Below, one piece after another: positions 38,737 to 52,720 of a DNA stretch of 64,000 nucleotides. This DNA is from Massalongia carnosa (Eukaryota), in contig OZ287067.1 in NCBI GenBank assembly GCA_965645245.1, forward strand, positions 1,984,001 through 2,048,000, read 5' to 3'. Numbering within the stretch: the stretch's first letter is position 1; every line of letters starts with the position of its first letter. Made by a program: the position numbers and the translations under genes. The notes beneath the pieces are model-generated. The model did no database searches. It worked only from the letters and a program-made list of their open reading frames with translations, and was not told the DNA's origin.

Positions 38737-40443
38737 TCACCGCACAAGACTCATCCTACCTTTACGGTCCTTTTCAATCTTCACGATATCCCTGTTGCGC
38801 TCAATGATAATTTCTCCCTCGCGATATCTCTCGGCCTTTCTATGCTCCTTCTCAATCTCCCTCTCATATTTAAGCATCTTCTTCTCCGCTTCGAGTGCCC
38901 GGATCTCCGCTTTGATACTGCGCTCATCCTTGCGCTCTTTAGGCGCTATGAGAGCCAGAGGGCCATGCATGGAGTTGGATTCTCCGATCTCTTCATAATA
39001 CTCGGTTTTACGCGTAGCGGTAGAATGGGAGCGACGCCTAGAATGGGATCTACGGCGGGAACGGCTGGGTTCGCGGACAATCTCAACGGGGGAGAGTTCC
39101 CGTTTTTCAGAACGGGAACTTTCCCGCTCTGTATGGCCGCCTCCTTTCTCTGAGCGAGCACCCTTTGGAGAATGACTATGCTTCTCGGATCGATGCCCAT
39201 CATCCCAATCTTGTACAGAGCGCGGGATCTCCTGAGGTGGAGGAGAAACAAAAATTTCAGTGGTACGACGTTCAACAACCTCAGGCACTGGGGGGGGGGG
39301 GGGTGCTGCAGGAGCGTCAATTAGGTAAGTCGTCGTACGGCCTATGGTTTTCGTCAGCGAAGGTAAAAAGCCGTCAAACTTGCAACAAAACGAACTTTCG
39401 GTGGTCCCTGTGTCCTTCATTTCTTTACTGATCTTGACCACCTCATCGATATGCTCTTTCCCTAAGGCTTTCAATATGATTATCGTTTCATCCTGGAGAA
39501 CTTAAATTAGCTCAGCATTCTATTCAGGCAATATCCAACATACCTCCTCCTCAAACGGATATCCCAATTCAATGATAGCTCTTTTATTCACCAACCGTTT
39601 GGGCATTCTGGTCTTGCCTTTCCTTGGAAATGGTCGCTCTGGCTCTTCCACAACCTCAAAAGTTTCCTTTTCTCTATATTCCACTTCGCTCCCAGCCCTT
39701 CGCCTTCGAACCGTGGAGACCTCCCTCTCCTTATAGCCCCTGAAGTCCTCGTCTCCGTAATAATCTGGCTCCACAATCCGTATGTCTTCTTCGTAGTCCT
39801 TCTCCACAAACCTTGGAGGACTGACTCTCCTCCTTGCGGGCACTGCAATTGGAATGGTTTCTGGAGGTTCTCGCATCCGATCCCCATATCGGGGCATTGG
39901 TTTTCGATCAAAGGTGTCCAAACTAGACTGCCTCCTGATAAAGACTGGCCTTCCTTGGGGTCCCAGAGCCGGTGGCCCATAACCTCTTTCAGCGGTGATG
40001 CTTGGTCGTCTGCGACGGTCAAACGGCACCATCTGTCCACGGCTAGGACTATTATCGATGCTGTTCATGTCGTCATCATAGTATCTCTGTGGACCGCCTC
40101 TAGGCAGTCTAGCAGGGGGACCGTATCTCTCTTCTCTTATGAATACATCTTTCTCTTCGAATCTTTCACCCCTGCCGTGTCCGCTACCACGGTGATAGAA
40201 ATCAACCGAGCTCTCACGCCTTCGACTTCCACTAGGCGGGCCTCCTCTAGTTTCGAAATGGTCATGCTCTTCGAATCGATCACGCTCAACGATGGCTGGC
40301 CCACGGCTTCTTTCATATCGTTCACGTTCACGCGAAAAACGTTCTGGGTCCCAACGTTGCCCTCCACCACCGGCTCCACCTCCCCCACCACCATAACCTA
40401 CATTGCTACTCGACGAGCGAGGGTCACCGCCGAGCCGAGACAT
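38737..40443 (-). CDS. Arg/Glu-rich fungal protein of unknown function
   Basis: Long low-complexity ORFs joined by GT-AG introns. Conserved-looking blocks: RRQSSLDTFDRKP, FPRKGKTRMPKRLVNKRAIIELGYPFEEE, ALGKEHIDEV, EIRALEAEK and IEKDRKGRMSLV. Confidence 0.82.
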
Positions 40444-41137
40444 AGGCTGTTATGTCCGAGACAGGGTAAAAAATCAGTAGTGTGATGAGCTTTAGGTTTC
40501 AGGAAAGATTAGTGTGGAATATGGATTCAATGTAGCATCGTGCGGACAGCTTATTTGAACCGGAGAGCGCTAAGTGTGGCGTCCGACCTGGTGCGAAGAA
40601 CACGAGAAATTACGGCTTCCGTTGATTTATTCTCAAGGGGTCGAAGGGGGTATGATGTCATGAAGTAAAAAAATCCGTCACCCAGCGTACAGAGTAAAAG
40701 ATCGGCGGTTGGGTAGAAGTTTTGGGAAGCATGAGCTGGACAGGATTTACTTAGGAAGGCTAGGATGTCGCTCATGTGGTACTCTGTATGTTTGGGATGA
40801 CGCCAAGAGTAGGTCTTCCTTAGCGAGTTAGGGTAAGCAACCATTTGGGGGGATCCAATCCACTAACTAGGCGGTTTAGGGTTCGAGAACTGAAGCAAGA
40901 TACAAGGCGGTACCGAGTACAGAGTAGGTAGTCACTCGTACCACGTTCTCTGTACCTGCCCACCTACCTTACCCTCGTTACTTTGCGTATCAGTACGGAG
41001 TACTTCGTACAGAATGATCCTAACGTTGGTAGATCGGGTGAGTAAACCAATCAAAGAGCCGGCTGCCCGAGGACCTAAAGTTAGAGGTGGAACTCGAAAG
41101 CTCGGTTTCGTTTAGTTGGCCACTCGTGCCACCCCTC

Positions 41138-41380
41138 CACGCGGTGCGAAAAAAAGTTGACACACCAAAACTCGTCAGTACGCATAAAACTACACAACTA
41201 TCAAAGCTTCAACATAATATAGAAAATCAACAACAGATGAACCAGTAAAACAGACTTGATAGAGTAATAGAGTTATGTGTTCAAATTCACCTTAACTTTT
41301 TTGAAGTGTATTACTTAACGATGTAGCCTATCATAATTATTTTATATTTTTGGTGTGTCAACTATTTTTCGCACCGCGTG
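41138..41380. mobile_element. 243-bp MITE with CAC...GTG termini and a 5-bp TSD (Transib-like signature)
   Basis: 33-bp TIRs CACGCGGTGCGAAAAAWAGTTGACACACCAAAA (1 mismatch), CCCTC directly before (41133-41137) and after (41381-41385), and an AT-rich non-coding interior. Confidence 0.85.
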
Positions 41381-42491
41381 CCCTCCTCTTCAACCTCTTC
41401 CAGGCAACATGGCAAAATAACCCTGAGTGCGCAATCAGGTACACAGTACTCAGTATTCTGTAAACTATTTACGGACTCAAATTTTATAAAACTGCTACTC
41501 TGTAAATGATTATTTCCAAGTAAGAAACCCTTGTTGATACAACCAGAACTCCGGCGGGTGATTGGATTCGATTCAAACTACATCATAATATCTGCTGCGT
41601 GTTCGATGGAGTAGAGTGGGAAGGGTAAGCTCGTGAATTATCCAACTGCCTCAGATGTTCCTTTCCAGCTCCAAGGCTTCGAATCATAGACATGTCCCCC
41701 CGAGGATTGACCTACAGAAACAGCTGAATGTAAAGTTCATCCTTACCCTTTCCAATGACGATCTCTCATCCCAAAGGCTGCGGCCTCGCGCCCTTGCTGT
41801 TGCCCCAATGAGTTAATGTGTGATGGTGAAGCAAAACCACATGCATATCGCAAGGCCATTCGTCAATGAGCGAACATGGCATCATCTAAATCAGAGTAAG
41901 GGAAGGTAGGAAGAATAATCCCATCCCAATAATCGACGCCGAGAACCCCTTTAGGCCTCCAAAGGGAGAGACCATCATCCCAGCAGAACCCGTCCTAAAA
42001 ACCACCACTAAGACTGCTGGAACGCGTCCCCCTGGAGAAGGACCAGACTTTGTGGCCTCTTAGTGATAGCGGCGCCAATGTCCCATTCCACTCCATTTTC
42101 ATTCCGTTGTCACGGGTTTAACCTTGCCCAATGTTTTCCCACAGCCCAAAACCAACCCTGATCCCAAAGTAACTCATATTGCGCCATAGCAATGTCCGAG
42201 CTCCTCCCCGACCGCTTCCCTGTTACGCGATTTGTTCAAACACGCACGATAAAAAATGCACATATGAAATCTAATCAGCTTTAACTGAAGTGGAGCAACG
42301 CACCCATCAACCAATTGGCTTCTTTCCAAATGCATGCCCTGCATACAATTAGAACACCACTGGACGAGGAAAGCCCTGATTCCCAACAAATTGGTAGACT
42401 TCGGGGGAACGATTGATAACAGCAAGGCGTGACTAAAACTTGAGATGGAATTTGTAGAAGAAAAAACCGGTGCACCATGTAGGGTAAGTTA

Positions 42492-45190
42492 TCATAACAC
42501 AGGACCAACAGGGTAGTAGCCGCGGCTAGTGTCCACGCCTTGAAAGCGTCCACAGCCGCGCCCTCCGGCAGAGCTAGCACCAGGCGAATTCAGGGCCCAA
42601 AGACGGTTAGAACTAGCGAATTGAGAACCAACCGGCCCAGAACTCAAGGTATCATGGTTTTCGGACTTAACAGACCTACTCGACTCTAGATTTGTATGAC
42701 GGGTCCCAGGCGAGTTGGGGAAGTACCCATAAGATGTGCCATGTTGAGATACTGGGGTTTCAATGTCCGACTTGAATGCGTTGCTTCGGACAGGTGGAAG
42801 CTGGGGCCGAATTGTGCATTGGTTTGCCGCTGACTCGTACAGCGTTGATGGATAGTACTGATAGCCTTCATAATCCTGAATCGCATCTGCATCCTCGGAG
42901 CTAAGGACCGGGTATTCAGGACCCTCGAGCCTCAAAGATGTCGGATTTTCATAACCTGAGGACCCGGAGGACCGGCTAGCTGGCGGAGAGGGATTCAAAG
43001 ATGCGTTATGAGAAAGGTAGGCGCTGCTTCCCAACCGTGAGGAGCTTGAGAAAGGCAATCCACCAACTCCCGTACGTGACCCTCCTGGGGCACCAGTCGA
43101 CCCTGGCTCCTGTGGCCCGCCACTATGGTCCCCGCTAGACCCTCCACCTGGGCCCATGCTGGTCGAGCTGCTGCGGCGATCATCTGAATAATGCCCCGGA
43201 GACCGACCTCGTACAACCATTCGAGCGGATGTGCGGGTCGCGATTTTGATCCATTGTCCTTCCGAGGACTGTGTGCTAGCAATCTCTGCAAAAAGCTCAA
43301 CGACAATATGAAAATACTGCTGCGCTGCCCTTCTTTTGCCGTTATTTGCAGTTGCATTTTTGAATTGGATACGCTCGAAGTTAGCCGTCGTTTGATTCTG
43401 CTGGGAAGTGGGAGACGAAGCTGGATAGGAGGGATCATAATCTGGAGAGAGTTGGGAGCCAGGACTTAACGCTGCGGGTTCCGAGTATATGCCCAACGAC
43501 CCTGAGGTACTAGGCATAAGCTTAATTTTCTCCGGACGGCCTAAAGGACCTTTATCACGCTTTGGGGTATGCTGAACCAGGTCGATTGCTTTGCCGTCTT
43601 CTCCACTAACCCTTGCTGTAATGCAAATAGCCAACGCTCTTATGAGATCTGAAGTTGGGGGACTTGTTCGGCTGAGGTATAGTGGATCAGATGTAAGTAC
43701 ATACGGCGGCTTGAGGGTGTAGGAGCAGGCCACCGAGAAGTAATTACGTCGATAGCAGGTCCAGTCGGAATCGGCTTTGAAGAAGCCTTTGTCGATCTTT
43801 GCATGGAGCTCTGCCTGCACTGTTTTGCCAGCGGCATCGACGAGAGTATGGATATTTCTAGTTTTTTCAAAAGGAGGGACAGTCTGCGAGGAAACTCCAT
43901 AATGCGGCGAGTCAATCTGCATTGATGAGTTTGAGAGCCCGTACCCAGCATTTGTAGATGACGACATGGCGTTGAGAGGAGGACTTCTTGACGTCAACAT
44001 GGAGTGCTGGGAAGGGTTCGATAGGAAGTTGGAATTTCCATGAAGGTACGCGTAGGTATGAAGGTGAGGCGACGGATTTGCGTAGTTCTCTCTTGTGGTC
44101 GCACCATGCGATTGTGGCACTGTGTTTTGGTTTCCTGGAGATTGTGAGGGAGGCGGCATACCCGAGGACGTTGAACTAGTTCTCGTCGGCAGCAGTTAGA
44201 CCCTGATAATGCTATGGTTCTTCGGGAGTGGAAGTACAAGCATGCGAGGAGGAAACGCACATTGGCTTGTTTCGGGGTCTACCGTCGTACATAGCTGGCA
44301 TGTATGCCTGAGTGTAATTCACTGACGGCGGGTATGCCGTTGACGCTGCCGAGGAGAAGCTTCCAATCGTGGTGGACCCATTTGTAGGATAAGTGGTGTG
44401 ATGGGAGAACACAGAGGACGACGAGGCTGAGCGTGGGCTGGTTGAAGTAGAGCCACAGTTTGACTCGAGCGGGCTCATAGAAAGTCCAGACAAACCTTGA
44501 AAACTGATGCCTCATATTATTGAAGGGATTAGCCACTATCATTAGGTCCCGCACCGGCGGCTGTGTCTACAATCAGATCATCGTGAGATGAGTTGGGTGT
44601 AACACTGGAACGGCTGTAAAGAAACTAATGCATGACTAGAAAAGTAAGGCCAGCTAGACTCGTCGTGTGATCAATGTGACGAGCCACGACACTGGGAATC
44701 ATGCAAGTAATATCGCACGGTCCACTGCAATTGTGCTAGTCGCCAAATGACAACGTCGACGTTGCGGTGGGAGGGCGAGGAGAAGTAAGAAATCACAAGG
44801 CAACTGACGCCCGGGGCTGAAGAGAAGGGGGGAGGGTAAACGGCGGGGAGATCGTATCAGAAAACCCGCTTACTGAAGGCATGGAAAGCATTACGGTACA
44901 GCGTAGTTATGTATGCAAATGCGTAAGATGGTATGAAAAGAGAAAGTTAGAAACTTACGACGGCACATCATGAACACCAGGAGTTGATGAGTAAGGAAAA
45001 CCCTTCGCACTAGTCAAAGGCATCGAATGCAGCATTGGGAGGCCCAGCACGCCGTAGCCGTCTGGCCTTACGGATACGTGACTTGGAACGCCTCCAGTCA
45101 TAAAGGGGGTTTGGCTTGCATAGGCTTGGATTTGCTCTAGCGATTCGCTCTCGCTCTGGAGAGGGTAATCGAAAGAATTTTGGAGGAGCG
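42492..45190 (-). CDS. NDT80: NDT80/PhoG-family transcription factor (5' end uncertain)
   Basis: KIDKGFFKADSDWTCYRRNYF, LVQHTPKRDKGP, FERIQFKNATANNGKRRAAQQYF and VVRGRSPGHY. Upstream exons at ~44260-44500 and ~44960-45190 are inferred from splice signals only. Confidence 0.88.
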
Positions 45191-48100
45191 CTAGTACTCT
45201 GTTAGTAAGAATTCCCTCCAAATGCACGAGAGCCCAAAAAGATCTGCCCCTCAAGCACGGTCTCATTCATGCATTGGCCGAATCAACCCTGTTTGGCCCA
45301 AGAAAAATCTGGTCATTCACCCAATCCGAGCTGGGATGCAGCGATCGTTCCACACGGTCGGGTCCCGAGTCACTCGTTGGGAAAAGGTAGTGGAGGTCTT
45401 AAAACAAGACGACTATGCAAACTGTGCCGACTATGTATACACATATCTCTCTCACAAATGCAGGGCGAAGACGCCCAAAGCTTGGTCTCATTGTTGTCGA
45501 GCTGCATGGATACGAAGCGAGAATTGCGAGACAGTTGTATGGGTTTCAAGAAATGTCGAACGATAGGTAGATCATAAGTCATGAGGAATAGATGCTTGCT
45601 TACTGTGATCATTCATTAGTGATAACAAGGGCAAAGCCACTCTTTTTACAAGCCTCGCGAGAAAGGGTCCTCGAGTGTCAGCCAACAGGTTTTCGTGGTA
45701 GACGACCGGGAGATGTGATGTGAGATTTTACTCGTTCAGCGCACACCCAGTGCCAATCTGTGTGGTTATTGCTTTGATGTGTGGCTTGCTTTACTCTTCG
45801 CAGCGGCGAAGATGCAAGATAGCTCTAACGATCTCGAGAATCCTAACTCGCGACATTCTTAGCTTTGGTGACTTAGGCTTTTCGGGCCGATACGTACTTA
45901 AGGCTTAGGCTTGCCGCGAAACTTTCGGTTCGAGATGTGACACCAGAATTCGCGGTTCAGGTCCGGATGCGGTGGAGGATCCTCAGCTAAAAGCGGCCAC
46001 TAAACTGGACAAGGTCAATACTTGCATGATTGCGTGCCTGTCAGCCGCACGGAGGAAAAGAAAAGCTTGATTCCAATCGTTGGATACAGAGGAAAAGATC
46101 AAAATGCGCCAGTCCATGAGACAAGGAGATGAAGAAACATGTCGGAAAGTATTATCGAGTATCAAGGGGCAAGCACGCACAGTAGTCTCTCAAGCGAAAT
46201 AATCTCTGAGCCAATCAAAATCCAGAAAGCGCGGATCTTGATGGGTTTGTGATGGCGGCGTTGAATCAAATGTAGATGCACTAGCGGCGCTTTGGTGGTG
46301 AGGGTGTGATGGATTCTCCACGTCGCTGCAATTGGACGAAGAAAGCCTAAGTCTTAGTGTGGGGACGATCTGGCGACTCGATACAACACCCGCCCTTCCC
46401 CACAGCTTCAGCCGGTTGCGGCGCAATTCAACAAATAGGAATTTAAACCGAGCGATGGACACCACATTAAAGGCAATTTATGCGATAGAAGCCTTCCGTC
46501 GTTCTGCGCTGACATGCAGTTTCGTAACGTTGGCCGAGGCTGAAATATGACGGCGAGGAAGAAAATGTCGGTCTAGGGCTGATGTTTGTATTCGGGGGCA
46601 GAAAGTTGACTCCCAATAACGAGTAGCAGGCTTCTGTCTTCCTATCTGCCGCGGAGGTGAGCAATGCGTTTTCCGTTTTAGAGGCAGAAGGATTGAGTAT
46701 CGTAATATCCAAGTCGGCGTAGCACCGGATTTATGAGTCAGCGAGAGCAAGTACAGTGGACGGACCCTGTTCACTTCCTCAGGAGCACCACATCAGTGAG
46801 ACGGGGTTTTTGGAGGTGGCCTTTTAACTCAGCCGGGGTTGACAGGCTCTCAAGGCCAGTTTGGCCAGTTTGGGGCAATTGGAAGACGCGGATGAATCAA
46901 AATAAAGATGAGGAGAGATTCGTAAAGTAAAGTATTCAGTACTTCATTCAGACTGTTGGATGCATTACACCACAGCCAAAAGTGATACCTCTTGGTACCT
47001 GAGATGCCTATATATTAATAAGAAGTCCCCATTAAACGTCCATCCGTCTTTATCCTTGAATCTGGGACTAGCCTAATCGAAAAATGATCAGATGCCGGCA
47101 GCATAAAGCATGGCTGGCTAACCACGCTTTAAGCTTGTACTGCTACAACAACCCATTTCATTCGCATTCGCATTTGCAGTTGCCACGACAAGACCAGGCC
47201 CCCTGCCTGGTCGCGACCGCTCGCATCGGCCCTACCTTCGTATCGACTATCTCCAGCTCAGGTCATTTTGGCAACTTGCAGCATCATGCACTAATGAGCT
47301 GATCAGACCATCCAGCGCCAACAAGCTGACTGAAGCCAAGCCAGGCGACAGACAGACTCTAGTCATGATCAGCGAGTACTATGGCCTTACCCTAGGTTTC
47401 CCATGTTTTTTAACGGGAAAGTGGTTCTTTGCTTTCTTGCCGAACGAGTCCGGCGAAAGTTGGTGGTGGTGGTGCATCGAAGGCTAGAAAGACCGAAGCT
47501 CCAGGGGTGTAGGGTGCTGGGTATTGGGTGTGTTTGGAGCGATTAGTCAAATTCCCACTTGATCAAGCACCAGTAAAGAAGTTGCTACGGCTCAACGGAT
47601 GTGAAAAGCTTGGAGATTGGGGGGGAGATATTTCCTGTTAATTGCTGGTGGAGGTGCGTTGGACCAACGCAGGAACGTCGTCCTAGCGGCTTGCTGCAGC
47701 CAATCCAGTAGTCATAGATTCGACAGGTAAGGAACAATAACAGTCTAAGGAATTAAGACGCCAGAACAAGAGTTTATCATACAGTGGACGGGAACATGAT
47801 TCGGCTCAAAAAAACCGTTCCGACAATGAGGGGGGAAGACGGGACTTTTGACCGTGTCCCGTAATGACGCTACAGTCGATCAATTTTTAATCGTATCGCC
47901 AGGAAGGATATTGATATCGGTTTCTTGATGAGGTTAGCCCAAACCCTGACCAATCAAATTTAAAGATCAAATCAAATCAGCTTCGACACTTCAAAATGCT
48001 CTAGAATTTTATTTGGCAGAGCTCCTAGTAACTTCCCACACCTGAATATTCTGTAGCAAAAGGCCAAAGTTGTGCAGAGTAGGAGATACGAATACGTTAC

Positions 48101-49159
48101 CTGACATTTAATGTAATTATTTACTATATAATCCGAAGAATACGGTAAAGTATCTCCAGCTAGATAAGCCTGTTAGGTAGATACCTACAGAATATGGAAT
48201 AGCTACAGAGTAAAATACAGAGGTGTCGTAGTACCTAGTACAGAATACTAGTATTATTTCGCGCTAAGCTCTCATGCTGTACTTGTATGTTAGGTATTTA
48301 AACTATAGTATAAGAATAGTCTAGTCTAGTGTAAGAGGCAGGTTATTTTTCTCCATATCAACCAATGTACGAGGCGATTTCTCCACTTTACGCCATCTCC
48401 TTACGTTCCTTTGCGATTTCTTACGGATCTTCATGTATGTACCAAGTTATTCTATCTAATTTCCTCGACTCTTCGGAGAGACATCCAGTCATCACACTGC
48501 TAGTCTAGCATAGAGTAGAGTGTATTGAGGGATTGCTTGGGTACTTCTTCTCCCAGTTTATACGGGTTCAACTTCATGCCAAAGCTACGGGTACCTCTAG
48601 AATTCTCCGATTTACAAAGGGGCTTTTGCAGGGCTAATGAAATGGTTGGTACGATGCTGCTCCTATCTTGATTTCAGAGGCCACTTAGCTAGGAAGGATT
48701 TAGTTCCTACGCCTTAAACCACTGGCTATGCACCCCCTTGCTGCTACTGCAGTATTGTAGTCGTGCAGATTTGCTGCAGTATGCCCGTTTCGGCTCGGCC
48801 GCCGCCATCATCAGCCTCAGTCCTAGCAAAGATCCTAGCGCTTACAAGAGCAAGAACGTCAATAATTCAGTCGCTCTTCATATGCCAGCACCATTTGTTT
48901 CCTATCTGCCCGCTTCAACTCAGTCGCTCTTCGTTCTTCTATTCTCTAGTTCTTTCTACTCAAGATTTCATATACTAAAAAAAAATGGGTTCAAAGGCGA
49001 TCGTAGTGGAGGAAGCTATATTTTTTCTGCTATATCTAGCCATATCCAACGTTTTCTTTCCACACAGGAACAGCTTAATGGAAGACCCTTTGAACCAACA
49101 AATTAGTTTTCCACTTCTTTATCAGCCTGAAGTGAACCACTAATGAAGCAATCAAAACT

Positions 49160-50850
49160 CTCCACGTGGATCGCGGTGCCTAATATGGTGAACTTAAAAG
49201 CAAGCTTGCATTGGACATGTTACGCCTGCTCGTGCAATCATGAAAAATGGACGAAATAGGCGTTTCGCTTTCCTCGTCCCTGTAGTCGAATAGGTTTCTA
49301 TTAGTGGTTCGATTATTGGCTAACGTAATGGGATAGACCCGACAAAGCTTTTCCAGCCGCATCATGCTAAGCTAGACGCATTAATTGAAACACTTAATTG
49401 GAGGAGTTTGACCGAGCTTCGATGTCAGAATACCTCTATATCGGTCTTCGGCACTTTTTGAAGGAGGGATTAGGAGAGGATTTCCGGGAACAAGGCACCA
49501 GTCGGAGATATGGCTCGGGTGAGCCATACTCGATGACTTATTACGGTTATACATCAACACCGGAAGCCGAAGACTAGTCCTTTTTTATGTGTGAAGGTCA
49601 CATCCCGCTTCACCCCTGACCCAATATCTCCTAACAAATTCACTGAACCACTAAGGCTACAGTTTCTTTGCCTCTCCAAAAACTCTGCCCTAAACTATGC
49701 ATCAGCATGATGCGGATCAAACACCTCGCAGTCCAGCCCGATCGAAGCCCCTCAATATTTATTCTAGAAAAGTTTCAACTCTTACCCTACCTCATCTACC
49801 GTCATCATTAGCTTGAGAAAATGACCCTAGTAGACGGGAAAGGATCTGAATCTCCGCAGAGTTAAGCCCCTATCTGTGGTACATTAAACAGCATCGCCAA
49901 GGAGGTAGTAAGCTGTTTGAGCGAAAAACTACGCTTCTACACATGGCAGCAGACATGTTGTGCAAAGGGCAATTTCGTTGCCCCTTGTTTGGTGGCAGGA
50001 AATGCATCACAAACCTAGCGTATGGTCATTTTCCCCGAGTATGGCCTCTATAAGCCATTCATATTCTCCGAATTTTCCCAGCGCTTTGGACTAAGTTATG
50101 CAGACGCGAAGTGATGAGCACTTCGTGTTCTTCCTGTTGCATCCGGCTTAAATGAGCTCAGAAGGAAGTGGCCACGAGATGTGCAGTTTTCGTATAGCTC
50201 AATATGTGGGGGTCCATAGATTTTACGCAGCGTCCCGGCTGCGCATTGGCCATCCGTTCCTCTGAAAAGGGTACAGCCCACAAATAATGCCCGTGCGACG
50301 ACCAGACCTTTCCTTGTTTATGCTCGTCATCGACCCGAGACGTTGGTCAAGATTCTTAACCAGAAGAAAGCTACGCTTCAGCGCCCCTAAGCTAGAGCGC
50401 CGTGCGTACCATAATTAACTTGAGCTAGCTCCTAGGGAGCGTATTTCAGTTTTAATTTTCGTAGTTTCCAAGTACTCCTAAGAATCACTAATTAAAACTT
50501 GGATGGCCACCCCGAGAGGAAACTAGAGCTTTAGGAAAGACCTAGAAGGTCTTTGCTCATCACACAGTGCCAAGCGGTAAGACTTACCTAGGCTATGTTA
50601 ATTGGATCATCATTGAATTCCACCGAATATTTTGATTGGACACCCTTGATCTGGTTGCTTTCTTAGCAGTTTTTTTGCGTTGGTATTTCCTATCATCCGG
50701 TTTATCTTAGAAGCAAAAGGGGCTAGCTGAAAATATCCACATTTCATCGGTTACAGGACCCTAGACTCCTTGTCGTCTATACACCCCGGACGAGGAGGTG
50801 CTTGATGAAAGCCTAAGGAATCGAAATGGCAAAGCATTCTGAGCTCAGTC
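49160..50850 (+). pseudogene. heavily degraded ankyrin-repeat gene relic
   Basis: Ankyrin-like fragments among stops and frameshifts: NSALNYASA (49681), TLLHMAA (49931), ETLVKILNQKKA (50337), SLNSTEYFDWTPLIW (W at 50637), IIRFILEAKGAS (50692) and LDESLRNRNGK (50801). Confidence 0.55.
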
Positions 50851-52720
50851 CGCTAGCCGGCGTACTCCTCGTTCTACTTCTTGCCTTGTGTTTCCCGGGT
50901 GGGACACTTCTGCGAGCGTAACTAAAAGTACTTTAATATCAAGATTCGACACCTACAGATTGATGAGAGTTTTCTATTTTCTTTGCCTAGGCACTATTCT
51001 AGTGGTACGGCGTCCAACAATTAGATATATTTCTTACAAACGCAGTTATTTGCTTGGATTTCCCTCATACTATTGAAGAATTCGTTTACTAGATACCTGA
51101 AAAACTATCAAGGTAAACAACGAGTTCTCTATTGTTTGCACTCAAGTAGTCTCATCAGCCCTAAGCTTATCCAAATCCACTAACTTATTACTCATATGGC
51201 ATTGACAAGAGCACCTCAGCACCACACTATGGCCGTTTTGAACATGGAGTCCCACATAAAGGTAACCTATAAGATCTGACGGCAGTTTTATACAGGAAAA
51301 TATTTAGGTAAAGGATCCTCAAGCGCTCTTTCATACTTAATATTCAGTCACGAAAAGGAGCACGCAGATGATCTAAAAAATGATTCCCTCACTTAAACAT
51401 TAAAAAACCTTCAGATTACCATGTTTTCTCGTTGGCTTCATTGCGATGAGGTCTTGGCTCTTACAGTTTCTGTTCGAGGCCTTCCCTTGCTGATTTTTTC
51501 ATGCGCATCTAGAGATCAGACACTCGATGATTCCACGCAGTTCTGTTCAAAAGAAGCATAGCGGATTTGATTTTGTATCAGATATTGTTTACAGTTTGCC
51601 GACAGTATTGTTTTTCTTTGGCTTCCTCTTTGGCATTCTGGCCAACCCCGGAATTTTAAGTTCTATCTAAAGCCTTTATATTCTCTCTTGAAATCTGCAA
51701 CCAGATCCCAACCCTTTGTTCATTCCTGTGTCTAAAATAACCCTTACTATCATGTAGCATTACACCAGCGGTGGTAGCCCGCAGATTATGGCGATTAAGT
51801 ATCACGGAGTATAAGTGGGATCAGGGAATAATCACGCGTGTGGTAATAGGATTCTTCTGCATTAAACCCGTAGCTCCTAAAGTCTTCCGAGCCGGGGCGG
51901 GTGATAAGAGAGGGGACTGGCATGGAAGAGAGTTGGTTAAGGAAATTAGAAGGATGTAAGAAACGCTGATTGAAAGGATCCAAAGACAGGGAAATAGCTC
52001 TAGAGCTAGCTTGTTTCTTTCTATCTATAGATGTGAGTAGATAGTCCTCCAGTTGTTACTTCGGGTTGGGCGGCGATATGTTATCGGGAAGGTGTATGAA
52101 ATATCTCACGCGAAATAATGGATGACTCAGACCTCAGCCATGTAAATAACTCATCAGCCGGAGGCTAAGATGGTGTGCTGCAGATTTATAAATTCTGACT
52201 TCTTGCTCCCCATAACTAATCCTCTTTTGGATACTGCTACTCAAGAATCTGCCGACTTTTTATTCTTCATTCCTAATTGACTTGGTTTTCATTGCCTCTA
52301 CGATTACCCTACCTGCCTCTCCTTCCGCAGCTTCTCAATGGCGAGAGGAAGTAGAAAACTTTGAAAAGGTGATTAGTTAGATAGGAAGACATCAGAGAAA
52401 GGCGAGAGCCGACGTAAAGGGACAACAGGGAGAAGTTCAGTGTAGAAACACCTAATAGTGTATGCGGATAATATCTTCTATGCTCCTATGTTCTCAACTC
52501 TTTGGCTTGTCATCAACGTTTGATAGTCAGAAGAAGCTAGGGGGAGTGTAAGGAAGAGGACCGGCAGTCCAATGCCGATGTGGCAAACCTAGTTTGGTAT
52601 GTATCTAGTAAACTTCATAAACTTAAACGCGGTTCGATATCGATTTTTCAGCGTTTGCAGCTTCTTAACAATCTACATCGAAGATAAATTACTCTGTACC
52701 GGGTACTCTGTACAAATCCA

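Noticed and set aside
39290..39303. G14 homopolymer as a frameshift or G-quadruplex signal
   Set aside because: It encodes an in-frame poly-Pro stretch of the minus-strand gene and the frame is intact.
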